Shown: positions 36,788 through 46,448, numbered from the stretch's first letter. The stretch: 54,589 nucleotides of DNA from Bacteroidia bacterium (GCA_018679315.1 JAHHLF010000141.1:1-54589); one strand, 5' to 3'. Translations and numbers: made by a program. The notes: generated by a model from the sequence alone, not told the origin.

Positions 36788-37699
36788 ATGGCATTGAGGA
36801 ATAAATTACACAGCTTACCCAAAGCAGATGTGCATAACCACTTACACCTAAGTGGGGCCGTTGAATTGCTCAGAGAACAGTACCCGGGTGTCCAGTTTGA
36901 AACGCCGAGGTATTATGATGGATTTGATGGGATGATGCATTTTATTGTACAGCATGTAAATACCCTGATGCGATCTTCCGATGATGTGATCAGACTAATG
37001 GATATAGGCATTCGCTCCAGTATTAATGACAATGTAAGGCATTTGGAAGCTAGCGTGGATATGGGTCTGGTAGCATATTTTGACAATTCCCTGGAAACAT
37101 TTATCAATGCGGTTGGTCAACTTAAAAAAAAGTACGCGTCGGAAATTGATTTCAGACCGGAAATCGGTATTAAAAAATCTGCTGAGATGGAAGAGGTATA
37201 CCGGGATGGTATGGCCTGTATTGAAAGCGAAGTATTTGATGGTATCGACATATACGGGAAAGAAACAGACCAGGATCTTTCTGGGTTTAAAGAGATATTT
37301 CAGGAAGCACGGGCCAGATCCAAGAAAACAAAGGTTCATATAGGGGAGTTTTCTGATGCCCAGTCTATGCTGCGAGCAATAGAGACGCTCGAACCTGATG
37401 AAATTCAGCATGGGATCAATGCAGCGGATTCCGAAAAGGCAATTCAAATGATCCTGGATCGTAATATCAGGCTGAACATTTGCCCTCATAGCAATGTGGC
37501 ACTTGGAGCTGCCAGAAGCCTACTGGAACATCCTGTCCGTAAACTTTACGAAGAGGGAGTTAATATTACCATCAATACAGATGATCTTCTACTCTTTAAT
37601 GCAACCATCACTGACCAATTTGCAGACCTGATCCAGCAGCGCATGTTTACATTTGAGGAAATTGATGAGATCCGGCAAAATGCAATACAAGGATTGTAA
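36788..37699 (+). CDS. Adenosine/AMP-deaminase-fold metallohydrolase (short form, 303 aa)
   Basis: Metal and catalytic landmarks appear in order: DVHNHLHLSG, VHIGEF, IQHGI, ICPHSN and INTDD. Confidence 0.75.
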   Translation: MALRNKLHSLPKADVHNHLHLSGAVELLREQYPGVQFETPRYYDGFDGMMHFIVQHVNTLMRSSDDVIRLMDIGIRSSINDNVRHLEASVDMGLVAYFDNSLETFINAVGQLKKKYASEIDFRPEIGIKKSAEMEEVYRDGMACIESEVFDGIDIYGKETDQDLSGFKEIFQEARARSKKTKVHIGEFSDAQSMLRAIETLEPDEIQHGINAADSEKAIQMILDRNIRLNICPHSNVALGAARSLLEHPVRKLYEEGVNITINTDDLLLFNATITDQFADLIQQRMFTFEEIDEIRQNAIQGL

Positions 37700-37820
37700 A
37701 ACAAGTCCGGGTATCATCTGCCTGAGACTCACGGGTTTTTTATGGATATCCTTATTGGTAGTGTTTCAATTAATGGGAGTCGGGGAGCAGCCGGGCTAGT
37801 AAATTTTATAAATTGCATCT

Positions 37821-38642
37821 ATGGCTTCAACGGATATTTTTGACATTTCTGACAAGGTCATTGTGATCACTGGCGGCTCCGGCGCCCTGGGTGGGTCAAT
37901 GGCTCAGTATTTGCTGCAGGCAGGAGCCAGAATTGCACTACTAGGGCTACATCAGGAACGGGTTGACAAACGCGTCGCAGAACTCGAAAAAACAAATTTA
38001 CATATTGTGGGATTTGCAGGTAGCGTGCTGGATAAAAAGTGGCTCTCTGAAGTGTGTACTACCATTCAAAAAAAGTGGGGGTACATAGATGGGCTGATTA
38101 ATGCAGCCGGGGGCAATATGCCCGGGGCCACTATTGGAACAGACCAGACCATCTTCGATCTAAACCTGGAAGACTTCCAAAAAGTTACTAAGCTCAACCT
38201 GGATGGTACCGTATTGCCTTCATTGGTCTTTGGGGAAGCTATGGCCAAAAATAAAAAGGGATCCATTATCAACCTTTCGTCTATGACAGCCGACAGGGCC
38301 ATTACCAGGGTTGTGGGTTATTCGGCTTCAAAAGCAGCCATCGACAATTTCACTAAATGGATGGCAACCGAAATGGCATTAAAATTTAAAGGGAACATCC
38401 GCGTCAATGCTATAGCACCGGGTTTTTTTATTGGGAACCAGAACCGCGCCCTGTTGACCGAAGAAGATGGCAGCTATACGGAACGGGGGAAAACGATTAT
38501 TGCGAATACGCCCATGAAACGCTTTGGAGAAGCAGAAGAATTGCACGGGGCAGTGCATTGGTTGCTGAGCGATGCGTCCTCCTTTGTGACCGGCACCATC
38601 ACCCCGATCGATGGCGGTTTTAGCGCCTATAGTGGGGTCTGA
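37821..38642 (+). CDS. SDR-family oxidoreductase, candidate fructuronate/D-mannonate reductase (UxuB-like role)
   Basis: It has TGGSGALG, NAAGG and catalytic YSASKAA motifs. It is the first gene of the GC-rich hexuronate block, and the role is assigned from that context only. Confidence 0.7.
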   Translation: MASTDIFDISDKVIVITGGSGALGGSMAQYLLQAGARIALLGLHQERVDKRVAELEKTNLHIVGFAGSVLDKKWLSEVCTTIQKKWGYIDGLINAAGGNMPGATIGTDQTIFDLNLEDFQKVTKLNLDGTVLPSLVFGEAMAKNKKGSIINLSSMTADRAITRVVGYSASKAAIDNFTKWMATEMALKFKGNIRVNAIAPGFFIGNQNRALLTEEDGSYTERGKTIIANTPMKRFGEAEELHGAVHWLLSDASSFVTGTITPIDGGFSAYSGV

Positions 38643-38686
38643 GGCAACATTGGAAAACATCACAGACGGAACAAACAAATACGACC

Positions 38687-40072
38687 ATGAAAAAAAAGCA
38701 TTCACTTTACACCTTTCTTGCATCTTGTACCCTCCTGCTGTTTTTTGGGTGTACAGAATCCCCTAAAGACACCGTGCCCTGGCTAGCTTTATTCGACGGG
38801 GAAACCTTAAACGGCTGGCACCAGAAAGGTGGCGCTGCCAAATATACAGTGCGGGAAGGCAGTATTGTGGGCAGCACTGTTCATGATACGCCCAATTCCT
38901 TTTTAACTACCGATGCCGCATACGACGATTTTATCCTGGAACTCCAAGTGAAGGGAGATTCCACATGCAATTCTGGGATCCAGATCCGCAGCAACAGTTT
39001 TCCTTATTACCGAAACGGTGTAGTGCATGGTTACCAGGTAGAGATAGATCCTTCCAAAAGGGCCTGGAGCGGGGGCATCTATGAGGAGCAAAGCCGTGGA
39101 TGGCTCTATCCACTTGCCGATGACATCACCGCCCAAAAGGCTTTTAAACAAAACGACTGGAACCATTACCGCATTGAAGCCATTGGCGATACCCTCAAAA
39201 CCTGGGTCAATGGTACTCCGACTGCCCACCTCATAGATGAAAAGACAGGCAGCGGCTTTATTTGCCTGCAAGTGCATTCGATCAGTGGCGAACAGGAAGA
39301 CGGCCGGGAGATCCTTTGGAAAGACATCAGGATCCTCACAGACAGTCTGGACCTATATGCCCAAAACACTCCCCTGGAACCGGTGGCTACTAAAAACAAA
39401 CTCACCATTAATGAGGCGAACAATGGCTGGCAGCTTTTATGGGACGGCAGCACTGCCAGGGGGTGGCGCGGCGCCAAACTGGACACCTTCCCGGAACATG
39501 GATGGAAAATGGAAAACGGGGAACTCATTGTATTGTCTTCGGGGGGCGCAGAGTCGGCCGCCGGCGGGGATATTGTGACCGAAGAATCCTACGGCGATTT
39601 TGAATTGCTGGTCGATTTTAAACTCACCCCAGGGGCCAACAGCGGTATAAAATATTACGTAGACACCGAAATGAATAAAGGGGAGGGTTCTGCCATTGGC
39701 CTGGAGTACCAGATCCTGGATGATGCTCTGCATCCCGATGCCAAGTTGGGCAACCATGAGGGGAGTCGCACCGTGAGTTCGCTCTACGACCTGATCCGGG
39801 CTGCACCAGAGAAGCCCATAAAAGCCATTGGGGAATGGAATACCGCTTATATCCTTTCCAGAGACAAGCATGTAGAGCATTGGTTAAACGGGATGAAAGT
39901 ATTGGAATATGAACGGGGCAGTAATGCCTTCAGGAATCTAGTCGCGAAAAGCAAGTATAAGGTATGGCCGGATTTTGGGGAATTAGAAAAGGGCCCCATT
40001 CTTCTGCAGGACCACGGGGATGAGGTATCATTTAAGAACATAAAAATTCGTCCGTTGGAAAACACAAAATAA
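38687..40072 (+). CDS. Lipoprotein with two tandem DUF1080 (3-keto-disaccharide hydrolase family) domains
   Basis: A lipobox LFFGC is followed by two modules. Each starts W..LFDG..L.GW / GW..LWDG....GWRG, and they end LQVHS...W.DIRI and LQDHGDEVSFKNIKIR. Confidence 0.85.
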   Translation: MKKKHSLYTFLASCTLLLFFGCTESPKDTVPWLALFDGETLNGWHQKGGAAKYTVREGSIVGSTVHDTPNSFLTTDAAYDDFILELQVKGDSTCNSGIQIRSNSFPYYRNGVVHGYQVEIDPSKRAWSGGIYEEQSRGWLYPLADDITAQKAFKQNDWNHYRIEAIGDTLKTWVNGTPTAHLIDEKTGSGFICLQVHSISGEQEDGREILWKDIRILTDSLDLYAQNTPLEPVATKNKLTINEANNGWQLLWDGSTARGWRGAKLDTFPEHGWKMENGELIVLSSGGAESAAGGDIVTEESYGDFELLVDFKLTPGANSGIKYYVDTEMNKGEGSAIGLEYQILDDALHPDAKLGNHEGSRTVSSLYDLIRAAPEKPIKAIGEWNTAYILSRDKHVEHWLNGMKVLEYERGSNAFRNLVAKSKYKVWPDFGELEKGPILLQDHGDEVSFKNIKIRPLENTK

Positions 40073-40080
40073 ATGTCGTT

Positions 40081-41427
40081 ATGAGCACAAACAGAAGGGA
40101 GTTCATCAAAAAAACCGCCATAGGCACCCTGGGAGCCAGCCTTGGACCCAGCATCCATGCCATGTCTGCTAAAAGCTATTCCAGGATCCTTGGAGCCAAT
40201 GACCGCTTGCAGGTGGCCATACAAGGACTGGGAAGGCGCTATGGGGCCTTCTTGCCCGCTATAGCTGCCACAGAAAACAATATAGACCTGAGCTATTTGT
40301 GCGACGTGATGCGATCTCAGCGCGAGAAAGCGGCAGCAAATGTTGCCAGCCTCCTGCCCAACCAGCCGGTCTTGGAGAACGATATACGAAAGATTCTGGA
40401 CGACCCGGAAATAGATGCTATTTTTATGGCTACCCCGGACCATTGGCATGCCCCGGGGGCCTGTATGGCCATGGAGGCAGGGAAACATGTCTACCTGGAA
40501 AAACCCTGCAGCCATAACCCAAAGGAAGGGGAGTTGCTGGTGGATTACCAGAAAAAGTACAACAAGGTGGTGCAAATGGGGAATCAACAGCGCTCTGCCC
40601 CGGAATCACGGGAGATCATTCATGAGATCCACAACGGAATTATCGGCGAGGCATACAAGGCTATTGCCTTTTATGTCAATTCCAGGGGTCGGGTGCCCAA
40701 CCAGGTATTACAGGCCCCTCCCGAAGGCCTGGATTGGGAACTCTTTCAAGGGCCGGCACCCAGAAGGGCTTACACAGCTGAAACATGGGATTATAACTGG
40801 CACTGGTACGGCTGGGATTACGGTACGGCCGAAATGGGAAACAATGCCACCCATGAACTGGACATTGCGCGCTGGGCACTCCAGGTGAAATACCCCAAAC
40901 GAGTTGAAGTTGTATCGGGGAAATACCATTACAAAGACGACGGCTGGGAAATGTACGATACTATGGATGCTACGTTTCGGTTTGCAGGCAATAAGACCAT
41001 ACAGTGGGATGGGCAGAGCAGGAATGGCTATGATAAATATGGGGCGGGCCGTGGTACTATTGTATTCGGCTCAGAAGGCTCTGTTTATATCGACCGTAAT
41101 GGCTACAAATTATTCAACCTCAAAGGGGAATTGCTAAAGGAACAACAGTCAAATTCCACGGAAGGCGGTATTGCCCTGGGTGGTGGCGGGGACATGTCTA
41201 CCCTGCATGCCATAAACTTTTTTGACGCCATACGCGGTAAAGCTGCCTTAACGTCGCCCATAGACGAAGGGGCCATTAGCCAGATGCTGACCCATTATGC
41301 GAACATCGCTTCCCGGATAGACAGACCTTTTGACGTGGATGAAAAGGACGGACGTATCTGGAACAGGAAAGCTATGAAGCTCTGGTCCAGGAAATATGAA
41401 CCTGGCTGGGAGATTAAACCGGCATAA
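40081..41427 (+). CDS. Tat-exported Gfo/Idh/MocA-family oxidoreductase
   Basis: The twin-arginine leader is [24 protein letters not shown]. Family motifs include ATPDHWH and VYLEKP. It starts 8 nt after the DUF1080 gene. Confidence 0.88.
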   Translation: MSTNRREFIKKTAIGTLGASLGPSIHAMSAKSYSRILGANDRLQVAIQGLGRRYGAFLPAIAATENNIDLSYLCDVMRSQREKAAANVASLLPNQPVLENDIRKILDDPEIDAIFMATPDHWHAPGACMAMEAGKHVYLEKPCSHNPKEGELLVDYQKKYNKVVQMGNQQRSAPESREIIHEIHNGIIGEAYKAIAFYVNSRGRVPNQVLQAPPEGLDWELFQGPAPRRAYTAETWDYNWHWYGWDYGTAEMGNNATHELDIARWALQVKYPKRVEVVSGKYHYKDDGWEMYDTMDATFRFAGNKTIQWDGQSRNGYDKYGAGRGTIVFGSEGSVYIDRNGYKLFNLKGELLKEQQSNSTEGGIALGGGGDMSTLHAINFFDAIRGKAALTSPIDEGAISQMLTHYANIASRIDRPFDVDEKDGRIWNRKAMKLWSRKYEPGWEIKPA

Positions 41428-41438
41428 GAGACAATAGT

Positions 41439-42617
41439 ATGATACAGACATGGCGATGGTACGGACCGGAAGATCCTGTGCAATTATCGGACATAAAACA
41501 GGCCGGGGCCACTGGCATTGTAACGGCCCTGCACCATATTCCAAATGGGCAACCCTGGCCGATAAATGAGATCAGGAAGCGCAAGAACCGCATTGAAGAT
41601 GCGGGTTTGCATTGGAGTGTTGTGGAAAGCATCCCGGTGCATGAAGCTATAAAAACGCGCTCCGGAAATTATCAAGACTACATTTCAAATTATAAAAAAA
41701 GCCTTGAGAATCTGGCAAACTGTGGCATTTACAAGGTGTGTTATAATTTTATGCCCGTGCTGGATTGGACCAGGACCTCCCTGGAATATGAATTGCCAGA
41801 CGGTTCCAGGGCCCTGCATTTTGATGTTACCGCCTTTGCCGCCTTTGAGCTGTATCTACTGAAAAGACCGGGGGCCGAAAAGACCTATACGAAAGCTCAA
41901 GTAGCGGAAGCAAAAGACTATGCAGAATCACTATCTGAAGGAGAGAAAGAAATTCTGGTTCGAAACATCATCGCAGGCCTGCCGGGTGCCGAGGAGGGCT
42001 ATACCCTGGAACAGATGCAGGCTGCGCTGGATACCTATGCCCGGATCGATGCCCAAAGATTGCGTGAAAACCTGGTGGCATTCCTAAAGGAGATCATTCC
42101 GGTAGCTGAAGCGAATGGAGTGCAGATGTGCCTTCACCCGGACGATCCGCCCTATCCCATTTTGGGTTTACCGAGGGTGGTGAGTACGGAAGAAGATTAT
42201 GCCTACCTGTTTTCCGAAGTCCCGCAACCTGCAAATGGCCTTACTTTTTGCACTGGCTCCTTAGGGGTGCGGACCGATAACAATTTGGCACAAATGTTCA
42301 GACGATTTGCAGACAGGGTGCATTTCCTGCATTTGCGTAGCACACAACGCGATGATAAAGGGAATTTTTTTGAAGCCGATCATTTAGAGGGCGATGTAGA
42401 TATGTATGCTGTGGTAAAAGAAGTGGTGCTAGAAGAAAGGCGAAGAAAGACTTCGGGAAGGTCGGATGTGCAGATCCCGATGCGCCCCGACCATGGCCAC
42501 CAGATGTTAGACGATTTGAATAAACAAACAAACCCGGGCTACTCGGCTATCGGCAGGCTGAGGGGGTTGGCAGAGTTGAGGGGCCTGGAATTGGGAATTT
42601 CGAAAAGCGTACTTTAA
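41439..42617 (+). CDS. uxuA: Mannonate dehydratase
   Basis: The N-terminus [33 protein letters not shown] is characteristic of UxuA, 392 aa. Confidence 0.92.
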   Translation: MIQTWRWYGPEDPVQLSDIKQAGATGIVTALHHIPNGQPWPINEIRKRKNRIEDAGLHWSVVESIPVHEAIKTRSGNYQDYISNYKKSLENLANCGIYKVCYNFMPVLDWTRTSLEYELPDGSRALHFDVTAFAAFELYLLKRPGAEKTYTKAQVAEAKDYAESLSEGEKEILVRNIIAGLPGAEEGYTLEQMQAALDTYARIDAQRLRENLVAFLKEIIPVAEANGVQMCLHPDDPPYPILGLPRVVSTEEDYAYLFSEVPQPANGLTFCTGSLGVRTDNNLAQMFRRFADRVHFLHLRSTQRDDKGNFFEADHLEGDVDMYAVVKEVVLEERRRKTSGRSDVQIPMRPDHGHQMLDDLNKQTNPGYSAIGRLRGLAELRGLELGISKSVL

Positions 42618-42621
42618 TAAC

Positions 42622-44025
42622 ATGATCAAGGCAACATCTTTTATTACCGATAATTTCCTGCTACACTCCAAAAACGCAGAAGAATTATATCATCAATATG
42701 CCAAAGAGCTGCCTATCCTGGATTACCACAACCACCTGTCGGCAAAACAGATTGCGGAAAATCAACCGATAAAAAACATTACAGAAGCTTGGCTGAACGG
42801 CGATCATTACAAGTGGCGCGCTATGCGGGCAAACGGCATAGATGAGCAATTTATTACGGGTAATGCGCCACTGGATGTACGATTTGAAAAATGGGCGGAA
42901 ACGGTGCCATATACGCTTCGGAACCCTTTATTTCACTGGACACAGCTGGAGCTAAAACGCTATTTTGGGATCGAAGACATCCTCCAGCCCAGTACGGCCA
43001 AAACCATTTATAAAAAGGCCAATGAAGTACTGGCCCAAAAGACCCCTGCACAGTTATTGGAAACGATGAAGGTAGAAGTGGTCTGCACTACAGACGACCC
43101 TACCGATGATCTTCATTACCACCAACAAATAGCCAAAGCGGATTTTTATACCAAGGTATTACCCACCTTCCGCTCCGATGCCTTATTTGGTATCGAACAG
43201 CCTTCTTTTAAGGCATATCTTGAAAAATTAAGTAGTTGTGTAGACTTTCCGGTAGACAGCTTTGCTACTCTTTTAAAAGCCGTCGACAAGCGGATTGAGT
43301 ATTTTCATGACAATGGCTGCCGACTATCCGACTTTGGCGTGGGTGGGCCGCACACGATCGTACCATTTACCCCTGAGGAAGTGGATGCCATTTTCGGCAA
43401 AAGCCTGAAGGGAGAGGCACTGACGACCCTGGAAACCAATAAATATCGATCAGCATTATTCCTTCATTTAGGGAGAAAGTACCATCAATATCACTGGGTA
43501 CAACAATACCACTTAGGCCCCATTCGGAATAACAACAGCCGTTTGCAGGAACAGGCCGGGGCAGACATTGGCTGCGATTCCATCGGGGATTATCCCATGG
43601 CTGATTTTATGTCGGCCCTGTTCAATACGCTTAATGCCTCTGACCAGCTGGCAAAGACCATTACCTATAACCTGGACCCGTCACAGAACGAGGTTTTTGC
43701 CACTATGATGGGGAATTATAACGGGGAGGTTCCGGGGAAGATGCAATGGGGTTCGGCATGGTGGTTCCTGGATCAGAAAGACGGCATGGAAAAACAGCTG
43801 AACACCTTGTCTAATATGGGGCTGTTAAGCAGGTTTATTGGAATGCTCACAGATAGCCGCAGTTTTTTGTCCTTTCCCAGACACGAATATTTCAGGCGTA
43901 TTTTGTGCAACCTGCTTGCCGAAGACATCAATAAAGGCTTGTTGCCCAATGATCTGGAATTTATTGGAAAAATGGTCCAAGACATATGCTATTATAATGC
44001 TAAGGAATATTTTGAATTTACATGA
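42622..44025 (+). CDS. uxaC: Glucuronate isomerase
   Basis: It has FITDNFLL....A..LY...AK.LPI.DYHNHL and WWF motifs, 467 aa. Confidence 0.92.
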   Translation: MIKATSFITDNFLLHSKNAEELYHQYAKELPILDYHNHLSAKQIAENQPIKNITEAWLNGDHYKWRAMRANGIDEQFITGNAPLDVRFEKWAETVPYTLRNPLFHWTQLELKRYFGIEDILQPSTAKTIYKKANEVLAQKTPAQLLETMKVEVVCTTDDPTDDLHYHQQIAKADFYTKVLPTFRSDALFGIEQPSFKAYLEKLSSCVDFPVDSFATLLKAVDKRIEYFHDNGCRLSDFGVGGPHTIVPFTPEEVDAIFGKSLKGEALTTLETNKYRSALFLHLGRKYHQYHWVQQYHLGPIRNNNSRLQEQAGADIGCDSIGDYPMADFMSALFNTLNASDQLAKTITYNLDPSQNEVFATMMGNYNGEVPGKMQWGSAWWFLDQKDGMEKQLNTLSNMGLLSRFIGMLTDSRSFLSFPRHEYFRRILCNLLAEDINKGLLPNDLEFIGKMVQDICYYNAKEYFEFT

Positions 44026-45344
44026 ATAGTAATGGCATGAAGGACCTGCAAACAGGGATGGGAAAGTATCGTTACCGCATATTGGCGCTGTTGCTCTTTG
44101 CCACCACTATTAATTATTTTGACCGTAGCATTATTGGGGTGATGGCCCCTGCCCTCCAAAGGTTGTTCGACTGGTCTAATGAAGACTATGCCAATATCAT
44201 TGTCAGTTTTCAGGTGGCCTATGCCATTGGCCTGCTTAGCATGGGCCGGATCATTGACAAACTGGGGACAAAGATCGGCTATACTCTGGCCATTGGCATC
44301 TGGAGTATTTTTGGGATGTTGCATGCTGCCGTAAGGCCTGCTTTTAGTGTCATAGGGTTTAGCCTTGCCCGCTTCGGATTGGGCTTTGGGGAAGCGGGGA
44401 ACTTCCCGGCCGCCATAAAAGCCGTGGCGGAGTGGTTCCCCAAGAAAGAACGGGCTTTTGCCACGGGAATATTTAATGCCGCCACCAGTTTGGGGGCCAT
44501 TGCTGCACCCTTTGTAGTGGGGTGGATAGTGCTGGAAGATGGCACGAATTGGCAAATACCCTTTTTGATCACCGGGGCATTGAGTAGCATCTGGGTTTTC
44601 CTATGGTGGCGTACGTATCGGAAGCCGGAGGAACACCCTAAAGTAAGGAAACAAGAACTGGCTTATATCCTGAGCGATTCTGAAGTAGAAGTAAGCAAAG
44701 AGTCCCTTCCCTGGTTAAGGATCGTCAAAAAGAGGGAAGCCTGGGCCTTTGCCGTGGCTAAACTGACGGATGCAGTCTGGTATTTTTACCTCTTTTGGGG
44801 TGCCAAATTTCTGGCAGAGACCTTTGGGCTGAAATTAAAGGATATCGGTGTGCCTTTTTTCATCATGTATGCCCTGGCCGACGGAGGTAGTATTTTAGGG
44901 GGCTATTTATCCGGGTATTTTATCAAAAAAGGATGGAGCATTAACAAGGCGCGTAAGACCACGCTTTTGATATGCGCCATAATGATCATCCCCGTATGTT
45001 ATGTTGCCCTGGCAGAAAACAAATGGGTCGCTGTGGTGCTTATCGGCATTGGGGCAGCGGGTCACCAGGCCTGGTCTGCCAATATTTATACCCTTGTTTC
45101 GGATGTCTTTCCTAAAAAAGCCACCGCCTCAATCATTGGATTGGGGGGCATGGTGGGGGCAGTGGCCGGGATCATCAGCAGTAAGTTGTTAGGGCGATTT
45201 TTGGATCAGGCAGATAACACCGCTTATTTCTGGGCTTTTTTGATCGCGGGTTCCAGCTATCTCATTGTGTTAGGTGCCGTTCATTTGTTAATGCCGAAGA
45301 TGGTTCCTTATGATGAGAATTTGGAAAGGGTGAAGAAATCGTGA
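44022..45344 (+). CDS. exuT: MFS transporter, hexuronate (ExuT)-like
   Basis: It has 12 TM helices, INYFDRS and GFGEAGNFPA motifs of the ACS/ExuT group. An ATGA overlap joins it to uxaC. Confidence 0.72.
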   Translation: MNSNGMKDLQTGMGKYRYRILALLLFATTINYFDRSIIGVMAPALQRLFDWSNEDYANIIVSFQVAYAIGLLSMGRIIDKLGTKIGYTLAIGIWSIFGMLHAAVRPAFSVIGFSLARFGLGFGEAGNFPAAIKAVAEWFPKKERAFATGIFNAATSLGAIAAPFVVGWIVLEDGTNWQIPFLITGALSSIWVFLWWRTYRKPEEHPKVRKQELAYILSDSEVEVSKESLPWLRIVKKREAWAFAVAKLTDAVWYFYLFWGAKFLAETFGLKLKDIGVPFFIMYALADGGSILGGYLSGYFIKKGWSINKARKTTLLICAIMIIPVCYVALAENKWVAVVLIGIGAAGHQAWSANIYTLVSDVFPKKATASIIGLGGMVGAVAGIISSKLLGRFLDQADNTAYFWAFLIAGSSYLIVLGAVHLLMPKMVPYDENLERVKKS

Positions 45345-45416
45345 TCCTCAAAAGGCACAACTCCTCCAAAGAGTACGTGATAATGCGGAAGCAGTGGGTC
45401 TTTCAAAAAAAGCTTC

Positions 45417-45962
45417 CTAAAGTACAAAGACCATTGTCAGGATGGTTAGTACAGCAAGCATCATCAGTATGAAGCTGTAAGCCAGGTTACGGACAGATTT
45501 GTTCACATCGCTCAATTTATTGGAAGCGATCAGCGAATGAACAAATATTTGCTGCCCCAGCTGGTCATAAAGGTCCTTATCATTCTTCAGCAGTCCGTGG
45601 AATTTTCTTGAGTAAGAGCGGATATCCCCATAATGCGTGATCGCATCATAGAAGAAGAACATGTTCTTGTCAAAACTTGTTTCGATCTGAGGCAAAAAGC
45701 ACCTGAACGCGTAATAGATCGACCGGCCGACAAAGAAGAAATAGATCAGCACAATGATTATGAGCAAGACGTTCGGCTGGAAGTTCGATTCCATGTTCAA
45801 AGTCATTTCGAAGACCACCCCTAGCACCAATCCATAAAAGGACATGATAAGCGCGGCCTTTAACTCAGCAGTGCGATTCAAGTCGCTGGTATGCCGGATG
45901 GTTTCCCAGTAGACAATGATCTTCTCCTCAGGGGTAAGTTTTACCTTTTCTTTAGCAGGCAT
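45417..45962 (-). CDS. Three-TM membrane protein resembling the DUF5706 / Pycsar-effector membrane domain
   Basis: It is 181 aa, with TM1 AALIMSFYGLVLGVVF, TM2 VLLIIIVLIYFFFVGRSIYYAF and a C-terminal TM LAYSFILMMLAVLTILTMVFVL. The soluble loop NMFFFYDAITHYGDIRSYSRKF...NDKDLYDQLGQQIF matches my recollection of the DUF5706 pattern. No HMM search was run. Confidence 0.5.
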   Translation of the reverse strand: MPAKEKVKLTPEEKIIVYWETIRHTSDLNRTAELKAALIMSFYGLVLGVVFEMTLNMESNFQPNVLLIIIVLIYFFFVGRSIYYAFRCFLPQIETSFDKNMFFFYDAITHYGDIRSYSRKFHGLLKNDKDLYDQLGQQIFVHSLIASNKLSDVNKSVRNLAYSFILMMLAVLTILTMVFVL

Positions 45963-46128
45963 AGGTTACCTTGGTTGACGCCTAAAGGTAGTAAATATTC
46001 ACATTTGGTCGGGAACGCAATTCGTGTTTTAGTAGTCAATGCTGCCCATTAGTAATTCATAAATATTTTGGGATCATTGCTCAATAAACAACTAAGAATG
46101 TTACTATTTTGTTACTATATTTAAAATA

Positions 46129-46165
46129 AAACCCTGAAAATAAGCGAATTAACAGGGTTTTTTTG
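46129..46165. terminator. Bidirectional hairpin terminator
   Basis: An 8-bp stem aaaccctg/cagggttt (46129-46136 / 46153-46160) has T-runs following on both strands. Confidence 0.6.
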
Positions 46166-46444
46166 TTCTCGAGGCGGGAATTATCCTGACCGCAAGCGTC
46201 AGGATGAGTCACGCTCGAACAAAGTCAAAAAAGAAAAGCCAGCCCTGCAGGCTTTCTATTTGACTTTTATCCGCTTACACTCGAATAAGTTCGGCGATGT
46301 TCTTAAAAAGAGTATACGGGAATTGCCTCCTTTCAGTCGGCGAGTCCCGCCCGAACAGAGTCATAGAAGAAAAGCCAGCCTTTCGGCCTATCTTTTGGCG
46401 TTTTATCCACTTACACTCGAACAAGTTCGGCGACGTTCCTAAAA
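46166..46444. repeat. Degenerate tandem repeat, period 136 bp, about 2 copies, downstream of tRNA-Leu
   Basis: A 44-nt block ttttatcc(g/a)cttacactcgaa(t/c)aagttcggcga(t/c)gttc(t/c)taaaa occurs at 46265 and 46401, matching 40/44. The block gagtc.cgc.cgaaca.agtca...aagaaaagccagcc occurs at 46206 and 46342. Both pairs are offset by 136 bp. Confidence 0.85.
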
Positions 46445-46448
46445 CGCC

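Noticed and set aside
36788-37699. RADAR-type defence (adenosine deaminase RdrB)
   Set aside because: The protein is only 303 aa, has no accompanying large ATPase (RdrA-like) gene and is monocistronic. It reads as an ordinary small deaminase-fold enzyme.
38379-44590. Many long overlapping ORFs in the GC-rich block (e.g. 39847..40587 246 aa, 43992..44555 187 aa, 40415..40888 157 aa, 39437..39880 147 aa, 38903..39277 124 aa)
   Set aside because: All overlap, out of frame or antisense, with genes that have strong family motifs (DUF1080, GFO, uxuA, uxaC, MFS). Their translations are Arg/Pro/Gly/His-rich junk typical of stop-poor GC-rich DNA. I used them only as a compositional indicator.
45345-46165. 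A complete Pycsar (or CBASS-like) defence system around the DUF5706-like gene
   Set aside because: There is no cyclase, no cyclic-nucleotide-binding domain and no second gene in the transcription unit. The neighbours are the exuT-like gene and tRNAs, so only an orphan effector-like domain can be claimed.
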